64,000 bases of DNA from Gammaproteobacteria bacterium (GTDB lineage Bacteria; Pseudomonadota; Gammaproteobacteria; Ga0077536): positions 2,720,001 through 2,784,000 of the forward strand of contig CAXXLL010000003.1 of NCBI GenBank assembly GCA_963662545.2, read 5' to 3'. This document shows positions 1 to 9,856 of this stretch, in pieces (position 1 is the first letter of the stretch; each line of letters starts with the position of its first letter). The notes under the pieces are model-generated. The model had not been told where the DNA came from and did no database searches. It saw only the letters and a program-made list of their open reading frames with translations. The position numbers and the translations under genes were made by a program.

Positions 1-469
1 TCACGACGATAACGGGAAGAGTATAGTACGAATAACGCCTACTTTTTCCGAGTTTTCGGGTAAAGAAACGCATCGCTACGCGATGAACGCGCGTGAGTGG
101 CGCAAGTGAAGTAATGACATGGGGGAAGTGGGGCGTATGCCGGTTGGTGGATGCGGATCGATGCCAGCGACGCGACGTTGAAGTCGAGTGTTTCCGCGAG
201 CGTCGCTGGCGAGGCCTAGCATCGGTGCGTTGGGCGGGTTTCCGGGCTCAGTCGTTGAAGCGGATCGCGCGCCAGGGTTTCGGCCGCGTCCTATGTTCAA
301 TCGACGACAAGGTAATAGCAGCCGGCTCGTCGCCGTCAACCATCGCGCTTCGCGATCTGGACGAGATCAAGATCACCAAGATGGTTGCGCTAACGCTGGA
401 TGTCAGAAACGCGATTCACGGCCTAGAAGTGTGACCGTTTGGCTAGTCGCTGCGTTCTAATACTAGAAC

Positions 470-814
470 TTACTGTTTTACCTTATACGCTCGCAGGGCC
501 ACGTTAAACTGACTGGCTACCGCTTCCATGTTGTCAACCATCTGATTGTGGCTTTCGATCATTGCGGCTTTCATCGCCAGTGCTTCTTCGTCATCGCCAA
601 GCGTGCCTCCGGCTTCGGTCAAGCATTCCAGGTAAGCATTCGCGGCATCCATGTAGGTCTTGACCGCTTTCTGCGTGCGGATCAGATCCTTTTCGGTCGC
701 TTTTTCTCCGTCGGGAATACCGGGTTCGGCAGGGGTGCTACACCTCTTGGCCGCGAGCGCCGGCTGCGCCGCGAGCAGGGCGATGGTCAACAAGGTCGTC
801 GTAAGTAATTTCAT
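470..814 (-). CDS. Small secreted hypothetical protein
   Basis: 114-aa ORF with a Sec signal peptide (MKLLTTTLLTIALLAAQPALA), two Cys, and a GGAGG RBS upstream on the minus strand. Confidence 0.75.
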   Translation of the reverse strand: MKLLTTTLLTIALLAAQPALAAKRCSTPAEPGIPDGEKATEKDLIRTQKAVKTYMDAANAYLECLTEAGGTLGDDEEALAMKAAMIESHNQMVDNMEAVASQFNVALRAYKVKQ

Positions 815-946
815 TGTTCGCCTCCAAGCGATGAATCCTAACTCAAGGTAGCCGGCCGATCATCTTGCAGTAGTTCACACGACACTGGTGCTAATACTTC
901 GATGCGTTCATCTGCGAACGCGGAAAAGAGGACAAGGGGTCAGGAC

Positions 947-2225
947 CTCAGGGATCCCCTCAAATGTTCGGTTCTAGAGTAATTGAAAGTCGCGCGGTTG
1001 GGGATCATGCTGCCTATTTTGAGGTCAGCAGAGGGCAGCGAAATGGCGAGAGGGTCGATCGGCAGGAAAGATGTATCTAATTTTCTGTCGGATCTATTTG
1101 AGGGAGACGTTCATGCTAAGCGCGTTCAGTCGATGGCGAACGCGACGGTGGGGGTATTGACGAGCGCGTCTTTAGGGGTGCATGCGATTGGCCAGGGTTT
1201 GGCGCACGCGTGCGATTTGATGCCGAAGCACGCGGTGAAACAAGTGGACCGTTTGCTAAGTAATCAAGGGATTGAGGTGTGGGACTACTTTGCTTATTGG
1301 GTGCCTTATGTGGTCGGCAGTCGAACCACGATAGTGGTGGCATTGGATTGGACGATGTTTGAGGGTGATGGTCAGGCGACCATTGCGCTATCGATGTTGA
1401 CGGACCACGGTCGCTCGACGCCGCTGCTGTGGAAGACGGTGCGAAGCGCGACCTTGAAGGGCACTCAGACAATGCATGAAGACGCCTTGCTGGTGCGATT
1501 AAAGGAGGTGGTGCCGGCCGATGTGTCGGTGAGCGTAGTGGCAGATCGGGGCATTGCGGATTGCAAATTGTTTGAGTTTTTGGAGAGTGAACTAGGCTTT
1601 GGGTATGTCATTCGATTGCGCGGCAACAGTTATGTGACGAGTGCCAAAGGCGAACGGCGGCGCGCCCGCGACTGGATTGGCAGCGGCGGCCGTGCGCGAA
1701 CGCTACGACAGGCCCAGGTCACCAAGTCGCATGCTTATCCGATGGCGACCGTCGTGTGCGTGAAAGCGAAAGGCATGAAGGAACCGTGGTGTTTGGTCGC
1801 CAGTGACGCGCAGGTCAGTGCGAAAACCCTGGTGTCTTACTACGCTAAACGCTGGGGTATCGAAGCTAGTTTCAGAGATATCAAAGACATGCGTTATGGC
1901 ATGGGTCTATCGTGGTCACGCGTCTCACAGCCTGCGCGGCGCGACCGACTACTCCTGCTCAGTGCGTTTGCCATGGCCTTACTGTCGTTACTGGGTGCTG
2001 CTGGTGAAAGCCTAGGCTATGACCGTATGTTGAAAGCTAATACCGTCAAACGACGAACCCATTCACTGTTTCGGCAAGGCTACATGCTCTACGAGTGGCT
2101 TCCTACCATGCGCGTAGAGTTCCTACGCCCGCTGATGCAGCGCTTCAACGAGATGCTCCTGCAACAACGCGCCCTAAAACAAGTCTTCGGGGTTTTATGA
2201 CATTTACAATGAGGGGATACCTGAG
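947..2225 (+). mobile_element. IS4-family (IS10-like) insertion sequence
   Basis: Terminal IRs CTCAGGGATCCCCTCA (947) and rc CTCAGGTATCCCCTCA (ends 2225) resemble IS10 ends; 9-bp flanks GGTCAGGAC (938-946) and GGTCAGTAC (2226-2234) match 8/9. Confidence 0.9.
1043..2200 (+). CDS. IS4-family DDE transposase
   Basis: Motifs VALDWT, VVADRG and YAKRWGIEASFRDIK (YREK signature). The ORF track opens at 983; ATG 1043 is the likelier start. Confidence 0.9.
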   Translation: MARGSIGRKDVSNFLSDLFEGDVHAKRVQSMANATVGVLTSASLGVHAIGQGLAHACDLMPKHAVKQVDRLLSNQGIEVWDYFAYWVPYVVGSRTTIVVALDWTMFEGDGQATIALSMLTDHGRSTPLLWKTVRSATLKGTQTMHEDALLVRLKEVVPADVSVSVVADRGIADCKLFEFLESELGFGYVIRLRGNSYVTSAKGERRRARDWIGSGGRARTLRQAQVTKSHAYPMATVVCVKAKGMKEPWCLVASDAQVSAKTLVSYYAKRWGIEASFRDIKDMRYGMGLSWSRVSQPARRDRLLLLSAFAMALLSLLGAAGESLGYDRMLKANTVKRRTHSLFRQGYMLYEWLPTMRVEFLRPLMQRFNEMLLQQRALKQVFGVL

Positions 2226-2280
2226 GGTCAGTACCCTTTAAATTGAAAAATTGGAAGCAATAGTTAGAAGGTACTGCCTC

Positions 2281-2308
2281 CTTTACTCTTTACTCTTTAC
2301 TCTTTATA
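2281..2308. repeat. 7-bp tandem microsatellite (CTTTACT) x3 plus one degenerate unit
   Basis: ctttact ctttact ctttact ctttata, read directly. Confidence 0.8.
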
Positions 2309-2326
2309 AGCATTCTCATCTAGGCG

Positions 2327-2652
2327 GTGGCCCGGATCCGCTCGAGGCCGTCGAGGATCAGATCGAGACATCGGGTCAAGGCGCCGGCCAAAGCCGAGCT
2401 CGAAACCCTCGTCCATCGCTTGAGCGAGCGCATCGGCAGCCATCTCGAACGTCAGGGCCCCTCGAGCCGCACGATGACGATGGCCTGGCCCAGGTCCTCG
2501 GTAGTTCGATTACCTACCGCATCGCCTTCGGCCCCCGCCAGGGACACAAGGCCTTCATGCTACAAACGCTCCCCGCGCAAGATGAACACACGCGTACCAG
2601 CGAGCGCTTGGCCAAGGCCGCGGGCTTCTCCCTACACGCGGGCGTGGCGGCC
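2327..2652 (+). pseudogene. IS91/ISCR-family HUH (Y2) transposase internal remnant
   Basis: KAPAKAELETLVHRLSERIGSHLERQG, SITYRIAFGPRQGHKAFMLQTLP and AGFSLHAGVAA across frames; homologous to the IS91 transposase at 39.4-40.2 kb. Confidence 0.8.
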
Positions 2653-2717
2653 GATCTCGTGCCAAGGTTGCGCCAAGTGAGTCTCCGGCTTTGTAGACAC
2701 GATCTACGGAGGTCATC

Positions 2718-3571
2718 ATGGCACAGCCGAGCAATGGACACATCATTGGGTTGGACGTATCGAAGGCGACATTGGATGTCTTTGAGTGGGACACTGAGCG
2801 CGCGTATTCGATCGCGAATGAAGCGACGGCGATCGAACACTGGCTGGCGGGACTTGATGCACCCGCACGGTTGGCCATTGAACCGACCAACACCTATCAT
2901 CGGGTGGTTGCCGTCGCCGCTTATGCGCAAAGACACCAGGTCTATTTGATTGACCCCTACCGCTTGACGCATTACCGCACGGGTGTCGGTCAACGGGTTA
3001 AGGCCGATCCTCAAGACGCCCAGTTACTGGCACGTTACCTCGCACGGGAAGCCGGCGACCTCAAGGCGTGGGCGCCGTTAACCCCGGGCCAGCAGCGCTT
3101 TTGGCACTTGCTCAGGCGCCGCGCGACGCTGGTGCGCTCGAGAGTTCAACTGCGCGCATCACTGACTGACATGGGGTCATTGCAAGTCGAAGTCGATGCC
3201 TTATTGGGTCACTGTGAGCAGACTATCCGCACCATGGACCGAGCACTCATGGCCGAGGCTAAACATCTGGGTTGGGCTAAACAGCAACGATGCCGTGCGA
3301 TCCCAGGGATTGGACCGCTGACGGCGATGGCGATGGTGGCTGCTTATCACCGTGGCCCGTTCCGCAGCATCGATGCCTTCATCGCCTTTATGAGCATGGA
3401 TGTCCGGGTGCGAGAATCCGGGCAGTGGCGGGGACAATGCAAGCTCACCAAAAAAGGCGACCCCGAGCTGCGCCGCTTACTGTTCAACGCCGCCATGCAG
3501 GGCCGGCGCAACTCCCTATGGGAACCTTACTACCTTAGATTGCGCGCCCGCGGAATGAACACTACCGAATC
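2718..3571 (+). pseudogene. IS110-family DEDD recombinase, C-terminus cut by the IS3 insertion
   Basis: IIGLDVSK, LAIEPT, KADPQDA, IPGIGPLTA and RESGQWRG motifs; the ORF runs into the IS3 left end. Confidence 0.85.
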
Positions 3572-3630
3572 TGCCAGTATGAACAGGACACTTTCTAGAA
3601 ATAGTTTATTGTAGAAAGTGAGTCCATCAA

Positions 3631-4062
3631 ATGTTACAGAACAATCATTCAATGATCGAAGAGAAACCGGGGTCAAGCGACGAAACGCCTGATCCACAGG
3701 TCAAATCGAAGACGATTCGACGCGCCTTTACGACCGCCTACAAGCTGTCGATCCTAGAGCAGGCCGATCAGTGCCAGGGGCATGGTGAGGTCGGTGCGCT
3801 ACTGCGCCGAGAAGGACTATATTCGTCCCACTTGAGCACCTGGCGTCGGTTACGGCGTGAGGGAACGCTGCAGGCGCTCAAGAACAACAAGCGCGGGCCC
3901 AGACCAACGCTGGACCCGGTAGATCGGCGCGTGCTCGAGCAGCTGCGTCGTCGTAATGCGAAGTTGGAGCACGAACTTGAGAAGGCCCGCACTATCATTG
4001 ATGTTCAAAAAAAACTCTCGTCCATCCTGGCGGCGATGCCCGACGACAAGGAGTCGTCATGA
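3631..4062 (+). CDS. IS3-family OrfA (HTH)
   Basis: RRAFTTAYKLSIL...LLRREGLYSSHLSTWR and leucine-zipper tail; A-run AAAAAAA near the end; ATGA overlap with orfB. Confidence 0.85.
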   Translation: MLQNNHSMIEEKPGSSDETPDPQVKSKTIRRAFTTAYKLSILEQADQCQGHGEVGALLRREGLYSSHLSTWRRLRREGTLQALKNNKRGPRPTLDPVDRRVLEQLRRRNAKLEHELEKARTIIDVQKKLSSILAAMPDDKESS

Positions 4063-5063
4063 ACGCGGTCACAGCGCTGGGTGGATCCGTGGGCACACGA
4101 GGCGCCTGCGCGGCACTCAATGTGCATCGGTCACGGTACTACCGTTTTCGACGTCCCAAGCTTGCCACGCGGCGAGCGCCACCGCCATTGAAACTCAGTG
4201 AGGGCGAACGCCAGCACATCCATGAGGTTTTGGTCTCGCCAGCATTCGTCGATCAAACACCGGCCACCGTGGTGGCTAATCTACTCGATGACGGCACCTA
4301 TCTGTGCTCAGCGCGAACGATGTATCGGATCTTGCATGAGCATCAGCAGGTGCGAGAGCGGCGTCGTGGACACCGCCGGGTGCACTACGCGAAGCCGGAG
4401 TTGGTCGCCAGGGTACCGAACCAATGCTGGTCGTGGGACATCACCAAACTCAAGGGGCCGGTTACGTGGCAGTATTTCTACCTATACGTCATCCTGGACC
4501 TGTACAGCCGCTACGTGGTGGGCTGGATGGTGGCTGAACGTGAAGCGGCGGTGCTGGCCAAACGGCTGATCACTGAGACCTGCGCGAAACAGGACATCGT
4601 CGAAGGCCAGTTGACGTTGCACGCCGACCGCGGCTCATCTATGAAGTCGAAGTTGGTCGCTCAACTGCTGGTGGATCTCGGCGTGATCAAGTCTCACTCG
4701 CGGCCGCATACCAGTGATGATAATCCGTTCTCCTAGGCGCAATTCAAAACGCTCAAATATCGACCGGGGTTCCCAGGACGGTTCCCCCACATCGGTGCTG
4801 CCGCAAGACACAGTCAGTCCTTCTTCAATTGGTACAACCTTGAGCACAAGCACTCCGGTATCACGATGTTGACGCCGCACGCCGTTCATTACGGTCTTGC
4901 CGACGGCATACTGGCAGGGCGCCAGCAGGCCCTAAACCAAGCGTTCGCGGCCCATCCCGAGCGCTTCAAATATGCCGCACCCACGGTCACGCCGCTGCCG
5001 ACGGCCGTATGGATCAATCCGCCAGTTCAAACCAAAAAGGAGAGCCGCTGCCAATCAGAATAG
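4059..5063 (+). pseudogene. IS3-family OrfB integrase-core transposase with a nonsense mutation
   Basis: WSWDIT, LHADRGS and DDNPFS*AQFKTLK; TAG at 4734-4736 replaces the expected catalytic Glu, and the frame continues to 5063. Confidence 0.85.
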
Positions 5064-5412
5064 ACATTGAACTTCGAAACCATGTGTCCTATTTTCATTG
5101 ACAGGTTCCGCTACGGCCGCTTTCGTAGCGCTCGGCAGGAAGCTCGCACGGGTTTGTTTTGCGTTGCTCGAAAAAGATACCGATTTCAATCCCGATTTAC
5201 ACCAAGCCGCTTGCGATTCAACATAGAATCTATACTCCGTGGACCTAACGCTTGTCCCGGTGTCGCTTCGGAATGGAACCGGAGTGGGCATGTCTTGACA
5301 GACAGCGGCACCACGGGGGACGGCTGAGGCTACTAACCAAAAACCGACTTAAACGCACCTAACGCTCGCCGACGTTAGCCGTCCAACATGGACCTATATA
5401 AGGACAGGTATT

Positions 5413-6111
5413 GTGAACGCTAAACAACGAGGTAAGAGCCTTATTAGGCGCTCACTAAATTATTTTGGATATAACGTACTAAAACCATCGGCATACAAGC
5501 AATTCAAGACACACTATGAGTCGTTAGCACATCTCCTCTATTTCAAAGAAATCTATGACTTAATTACAAATCTGGAAGGAGATATAGTCGAGTGTGGCGT
5601 AGGCCGTGGCCATAGCTTTTTTAAGTTATGTTGTTTAGCGCATTACGAAAACAAAGGGAGAAAGATTTACGGTTTTGATTCCTTTGAAGGGTTTCCAGAA
5701 CCTTCTGAAGAAGATGCAAGTCCAAGGAATCCGCAAAAGGGCGAGTGGAACGTCGCAACAGTTGAAACTATTGAACAGATATTGACAGAACAAGGAAGAT
5801 TTGAGCTGTCATTTATTAACAATAACGTGAAACTGGTAAAGGGTTTTTTCGAGGAAAGCCTGAGTAGATTTGACGGAAAGAGTATTGTTTTTTTACACCT
5901 GGATGTAGATCTGTATAAATCATACAAAGTCACTCTGGAATATTTCTGGCCCAAGGTTGCAAGGGGTGGGGTCGTTGCCTTCGATGAATACAGAAATGCA
6001 ACGGAGAAATTTCCCGGAGCCGCTAAAGCGATCGATGAGTTCTTCGGTTCTTTAGTAACTCAAATCCGATTTAACGAGCAGGCCAACCGCTATTACATTG
6101 TGAAATCATGA
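5413..6111 (+). CDS. TylF/MycF/NovP-family SAM-dependent O-methyltransferase
   Basis: GDIVECGVGRG, YGFDSFEGFP, LHLDVDLY and GGVVAFDEY motifs; AT-richer than its surroundings. Confidence 0.85.
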   Translation: MNAKQRGKSLIRRSLNYFGYNVLKPSAYKQFKTHYESLAHLLYFKEIYDLITNLEGDIVECGVGRGHSFFKLCCLAHYENKGRKIYGFDSFEGFPEPSEEDASPRNPQKGEWNVATVETIEQILTEQGRFELSFINNNVKLVKGFFEESLSRFDGKSIVFLHLDVDLYKSYKVTLEYFWPKVARGGVVAFDEYRNATEKFPGAAKAIDEFFGSLVTQIRFNEQANRYYIVKS

Positions 6112-6276
6112 TTGGGGCGGGCGCCGATCGGTGAGCGGAAACGCTAGCTGGTAGGCATGCGCCGCGGACATCACCTGCGCGTTTGCGCGGTGCGGGCCTA
6201 GGATCTGTAAGCCGACCGGACGACTCGGTGAAACCGCACGGCTCCGCGACCGCGGGCTTCCGCGTGAGGTTAGCTA

Positions 6277-7973
6277 GTGTGCATCCCTAAACGCGATGCG
6301 GTTGAAATAAAAAGGAAAATTTGTCGCTTAAGGGATCGAAACCTCCGGTGGGTCGTGATCTAATGGAACTTCAAACCTCTGATTTTCCACACAATCATCG
6401 ACACCACAGGAGGGGGAATGCGTCAGAAACGCACGGCCCAAGCGAGTATATACGAGCTGTTTGCTGACCATGACCTGGGGCGAGAGCTGCAGGGCATGTC
6501 CGAGTGGCTCGATGCTCACCCCAAGGTCCTCACGCCGGTCATGAACGATCTGTGTCGGCGGGGTTTGAAGCCCACCGGTCGACGCGGACTGTCGGCGGAG
6601 TCGGTGCTGCGCTGCGCGGTGCTCAAGCAGCACCGGCAATTGAGTTACGAGGAGCTGGCCTTTCACCTGCAGGACTCGGCGAGCTTTCAGGCCTTCGCCC
6701 GGTTGCCGGGTAATGAACGTCCGAAGAAGTCTGCCTTACAGCGGGTGGTCTCGGCGATCCAGGTATCGACGTGGGAGTCTATTCATCGCGCCCTGCTGGC
6801 GACGGCGAAAGAGACGCGCATTGAGCCGGCACAGCGTGTACGGATTGATAGCACGGTAACGGACAGTGCCATCCACGCGCCGAGCGACAGTCATCTGCTG
6901 TGGGATGGCGTGCGTGTTGTGGTTCGTCTGCTCGCACAGGCGCGCGAGTTGCCTGGCGCGCCGGAGTTGTGCTTCGTGAACCACACTCGATTGGCGAAGA
7001 AGCGTGCGCGGGCGCTGTGGTATGCGCGTGGTGCGAAGCAACGCCAACGTCTGTATCGCGATTTGATTGGGGCGACGCGTTCAACCTTGGAAGCGGTAGC
7101 GAGGGTACGTGAGCAGCTGCTGAGCCCGGGCGTCACCGGCGTTGAACTGCCGGACTGGCTAGCGCAGGTAGCGCACTACGAAACACTTGTTCTGCAGGTG
7201 ATTTCGCAAACTGAGCGGCGGGTGTTCGGCGGTGAGAAGGTCCCCGCGAGCGAGAAGTGCGTGAGCTTGTTCGAGCCGCATACCGACATCATCATAAAGG
7301 GTGCGCGCGACGTTCAGTACGGACACAAAATCAATCTGGCTTCGGGGCGCAGTGGCCTCATCCTCGACGTGGTCATCGAGCGAGGCAATCCGGTCGATAG
7401 TCAGCGCTTCATGCCGATGCTCGAACGGCATCGAACACACTACGGGACGATGCCACGACAGGTCGCCGCCGATGGCGGCTATGCGAGCCTCGACAATCTC
7501 CGGGCGGCGAAAGCAGAAGGCATCGAAGACGTTGCCTTCCACAAGAAGCGCGGGCTCGCGATCGCCGACATGGTCAAGAGTCAGTGGGTCTATCGACGCT
7601 TGCGCAACTTCCGCGCCGGCATCGAGGCCGGTATCTCCTGCCTGAAGCGTGCATACGGATTGGCACGTTGCACCTGGAAGAGCCTGCCGCACTTCGAAGC
7701 CTACGTGTGGTCTTCTGTGGTCGCCTACAACCTCAGCCTGCTCGCGCGCTATCAACTCGAATAGCGACGTTCACTCGCACTAACTGACCTCCTCGATATC
7801 GTCGAACGGGCGACTTTGGGTTGCAGCGCTCTGCGGCCGGCGAACGTACTCACAATTACGCTCGAAGAGCCCTTCGACCCCCACCGAACCGCCGCTACCG
7901 CTCCAACAACCTACTTTCAACACCTCGATTTCTCCGTGCCCATCGAAGAAAATGCCTGTTTATGGACGGACAC
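6277..7973 (+). mobile_element. ISNCY-type IS, copy 1 (1697 bp)
   Basis: IRs GTGTGCATCCCTAAAC and rc GTGTCCGTCCATAAAC; same length and apparently same sequence as 43902-45598. Confidence 0.9.
6418..7764 (+). CDS. ISNCY-type DDE transposase
   Basis: RIDST, AADGGY and RNFRAGIEAGISCLKR motifs; 448 aa; the family label is from recall. Confidence 0.85.
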   Translation: MRQKRTAQASIYELFADHDLGRELQGMSEWLDAHPKVLTPVMNDLCRRGLKPTGRRGLSAESVLRCAVLKQHRQLSYEELAFHLQDSASFQAFARLPGNERPKKSALQRVVSAIQVSTWESIHRALLATAKETRIEPAQRVRIDSTVTDSAIHAPSDSHLLWDGVRVVVRLLAQARELPGAPELCFVNHTRLAKKRARALWYARGAKQRQRLYRDLIGATRSTLEAVARVREQLLSPGVTGVELPDWLAQVAHYETLVLQVISQTERRVFGGEKVPASEKCVSLFEPHTDIIIKGARDVQYGHKINLASGRSGLILDVVIERGNPVDSQRFMPMLERHRTHYGTMPRQVAADGGYASLDNLRAAKAEGIEDVAFHKKRGLAIADMVKSQWVYRRLRNFRAGIEAGISCLKRAYGLARCTWKSLPHFEAYVWSSVVAYNLSLLARYQLE

Positions 7974-8013
7974 TAGATAGGATTGTCACTCAACTACGTA
8001 TGACACGGGTAGA

Positions 8014-8607
8014 TTGATGACTGGGATTGGCAAACCTGTACGGCGCAAGGAAGACCGGCGCTTTATCACGGGCGCGGGAACATACACGAGCAATGTCGAC
8101 TATCCCGACCAGGCACATCTCTATATCGTGCGTGCGCAAAATGTACATGCCCGGATACGTGACATCGACACATCGGCGGCACGGGCCGCCGAAGGTGTTG
8201 TCGCCGTCTACACTGCTGCGGATCTCCATGCCGGCGGGATAAGAGATATGCAGCCGGCATGGATCATCTACAACCCTGATGGGTCTCCAATGCATGAAGC
8301 CCCACGTGAAGCGTTGGCGGTTGAGCGCATCCGCTATGTCGGCCAGCCGCTGAGTGCGTCCTTCCTCGATTACGCTATGCCACGTGCGGATGATCTACCC
8401 GCATTCGAAGTTTCGGAATTAGATACGTTCTCGATATCGAATCCACTAGGCGCTAAGGGTGCCGGTGAGGCGGGGACCATTGGTGCACCGATTACAGTCA
8501 TGAACGCCATTTTCGATGCGCTCAAACCGATCGGTGTCACCGACCTTTCAATGCCGGCAACACCCACGAAGATCTGGTCGGCTGTTCAAGCGGCAAACAC
8601 TACCTAA
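8014..8607 (+). pseudogene. Internally deleted duplicate of the CoxL-like gene at 21340-23709
   Basis: About 110 N-terminal aa (to RYVGQP) are fused in frame to the last 85 aa or so (LSASFLDY...); near-identical DNA to the full copy. Confidence 0.9.
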
Positions 8608-9751
8608 ATAGGTGATCCAAATCTTGCGACACTCGGGCAGTTTCCCGGGAATGGACTTGCCGCACGCATGAAGGCACGTACTGCGTCCATCAGACGGTCG
8701 ATGGTCGAGTAACGATGATTCCGGGTGACATTGTCGTGCAACTGTTTCCAGAGTTTCTCAATGTCATTGACCCAGGGCTGATAGGCCGGCTGGAACAGCA
8801 ATCGGAATTTCGGATTGTGCTTTAGCCAGACGTGTGCCAAGCGACATTTGTGGATGATGTAGTTATCCACGATCAAGATAATTCGACGCGCGGCGCGGTA
8901 AGTTTGCCGCAGGTGGTCGAGCAGGCAAAGGAATAGGTCGCTGTTTTTCCGTGTGCCCTCGACATACGCAACGCGACCGGTTCGTGCGTGCAGCGCGCCC
9001 GCCAGATAGCGTTTCCGGTTTTGCCCAGGCGTGGGGATGGCACGTTGACAACCTTGAGTAGACCAAAGGAAACCGATTTTGGGATTGAGGTCGATATCGA
9101 CCTCATCGGCGTAAAACACTTCATGCCCCGATGGGGCTCGAGACAACGCACGATGAATGGCTTTCAGGCGCGTGGCTGCCCGTGGGTCGCGCAGATGTAA
9201 GGTCGGACGAGCACGACGCCAGCCGAATCCCAAATTAACTAGCCAGCGACGTACCGTAGAGGCGTGAATGGGCCGTGACAGCAACGAATTCAGCGTCTCG
9301 GCCAGCATCTCGCTCGTCCACGTACTGCGCAGGTAGCCATAATCACTGGGCGGCTGCTCAACTAACTCGGCGAGCGTCTCCAACAGGGTGTCATCCACCG
9401 TATACGCCCGCCGGCCCGAGCCGCACGCCTCGAGAAAGGCTTCACCCGCGGTCTGGAATTGCGTGACCCATCGATAAACCGTTGAACGCGCGACCGACAA
9501 ACTGCGTGACACGGCCGTCGGTGAGACGCCTGAAGCTAACTGCAACAGGACTTGAGCGCGGCGAACCACCCGCCCGTTATCGCTGCGTTGAATCAACCGC
9601 TTAAAGCGACGTTTCTGTGAGCGCGTCAATGACACTAAACTATCCATACTCAGGTGACCTCTTTCGGGAACGTAGATTGCTCGATACAACCTCTGATCTC
9701 TGAATGTCACCTGAGTTCTTTTTATTTGATCGAGTTTTTGGAACACCTATT
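8607..9751 (-). mobile_element. IS630-family IS with transposase ORF 8604-9746
   Basis: YADEVD, IVDNY and NDIEKLW DDE motifs; IRs AATAGGTGATCCAAA and TTTGGAACACCTATT; TA duplication (8605-6, 9752-3) inside the CTAG stop of the coxL-like copy. Confidence 0.9.
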
Positions 9752-9792
9752 TAGTGTGCTGTCCCGCCTAAAGCTCCCAATTCATACCTATT

Positions 9793-9856
9793 TTGTTATG
9801 CTCACGGGACTGCCCTCGGGTTAACATCCAATAAGACGATGTCGGGAGATTGAACA
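9793..9856 (+). promoter_or_regulatory. Conserved leader of the PQQ-DH paralogs (extended -10-like TGTTATGCT, GGGAGA RBS)
   Basis: Near-identical at 12104-12167; diverged version at about 18617-18681. Confidence 0.5.

Larger units (their letters stand above)
3572..5103 (+). mobile_element. IS3-family insertion sequence (orfA/orfB)
   Basis: Imperfect IRs TGCCAGTATGAACAGGACAC and rc TGTCAATGAAAATAGGACAC with TG...CA ends; orfA and orfB overlap. Confidence 0.85.

Noticed and set aside
4734-4736. Programmed readthrough or recoding of TAG in IS3 orfB (and TAA at 17714)
   Set aside because: Each is one base from the expected sense codon in a region full of pseudogenes; no recoding signal seen
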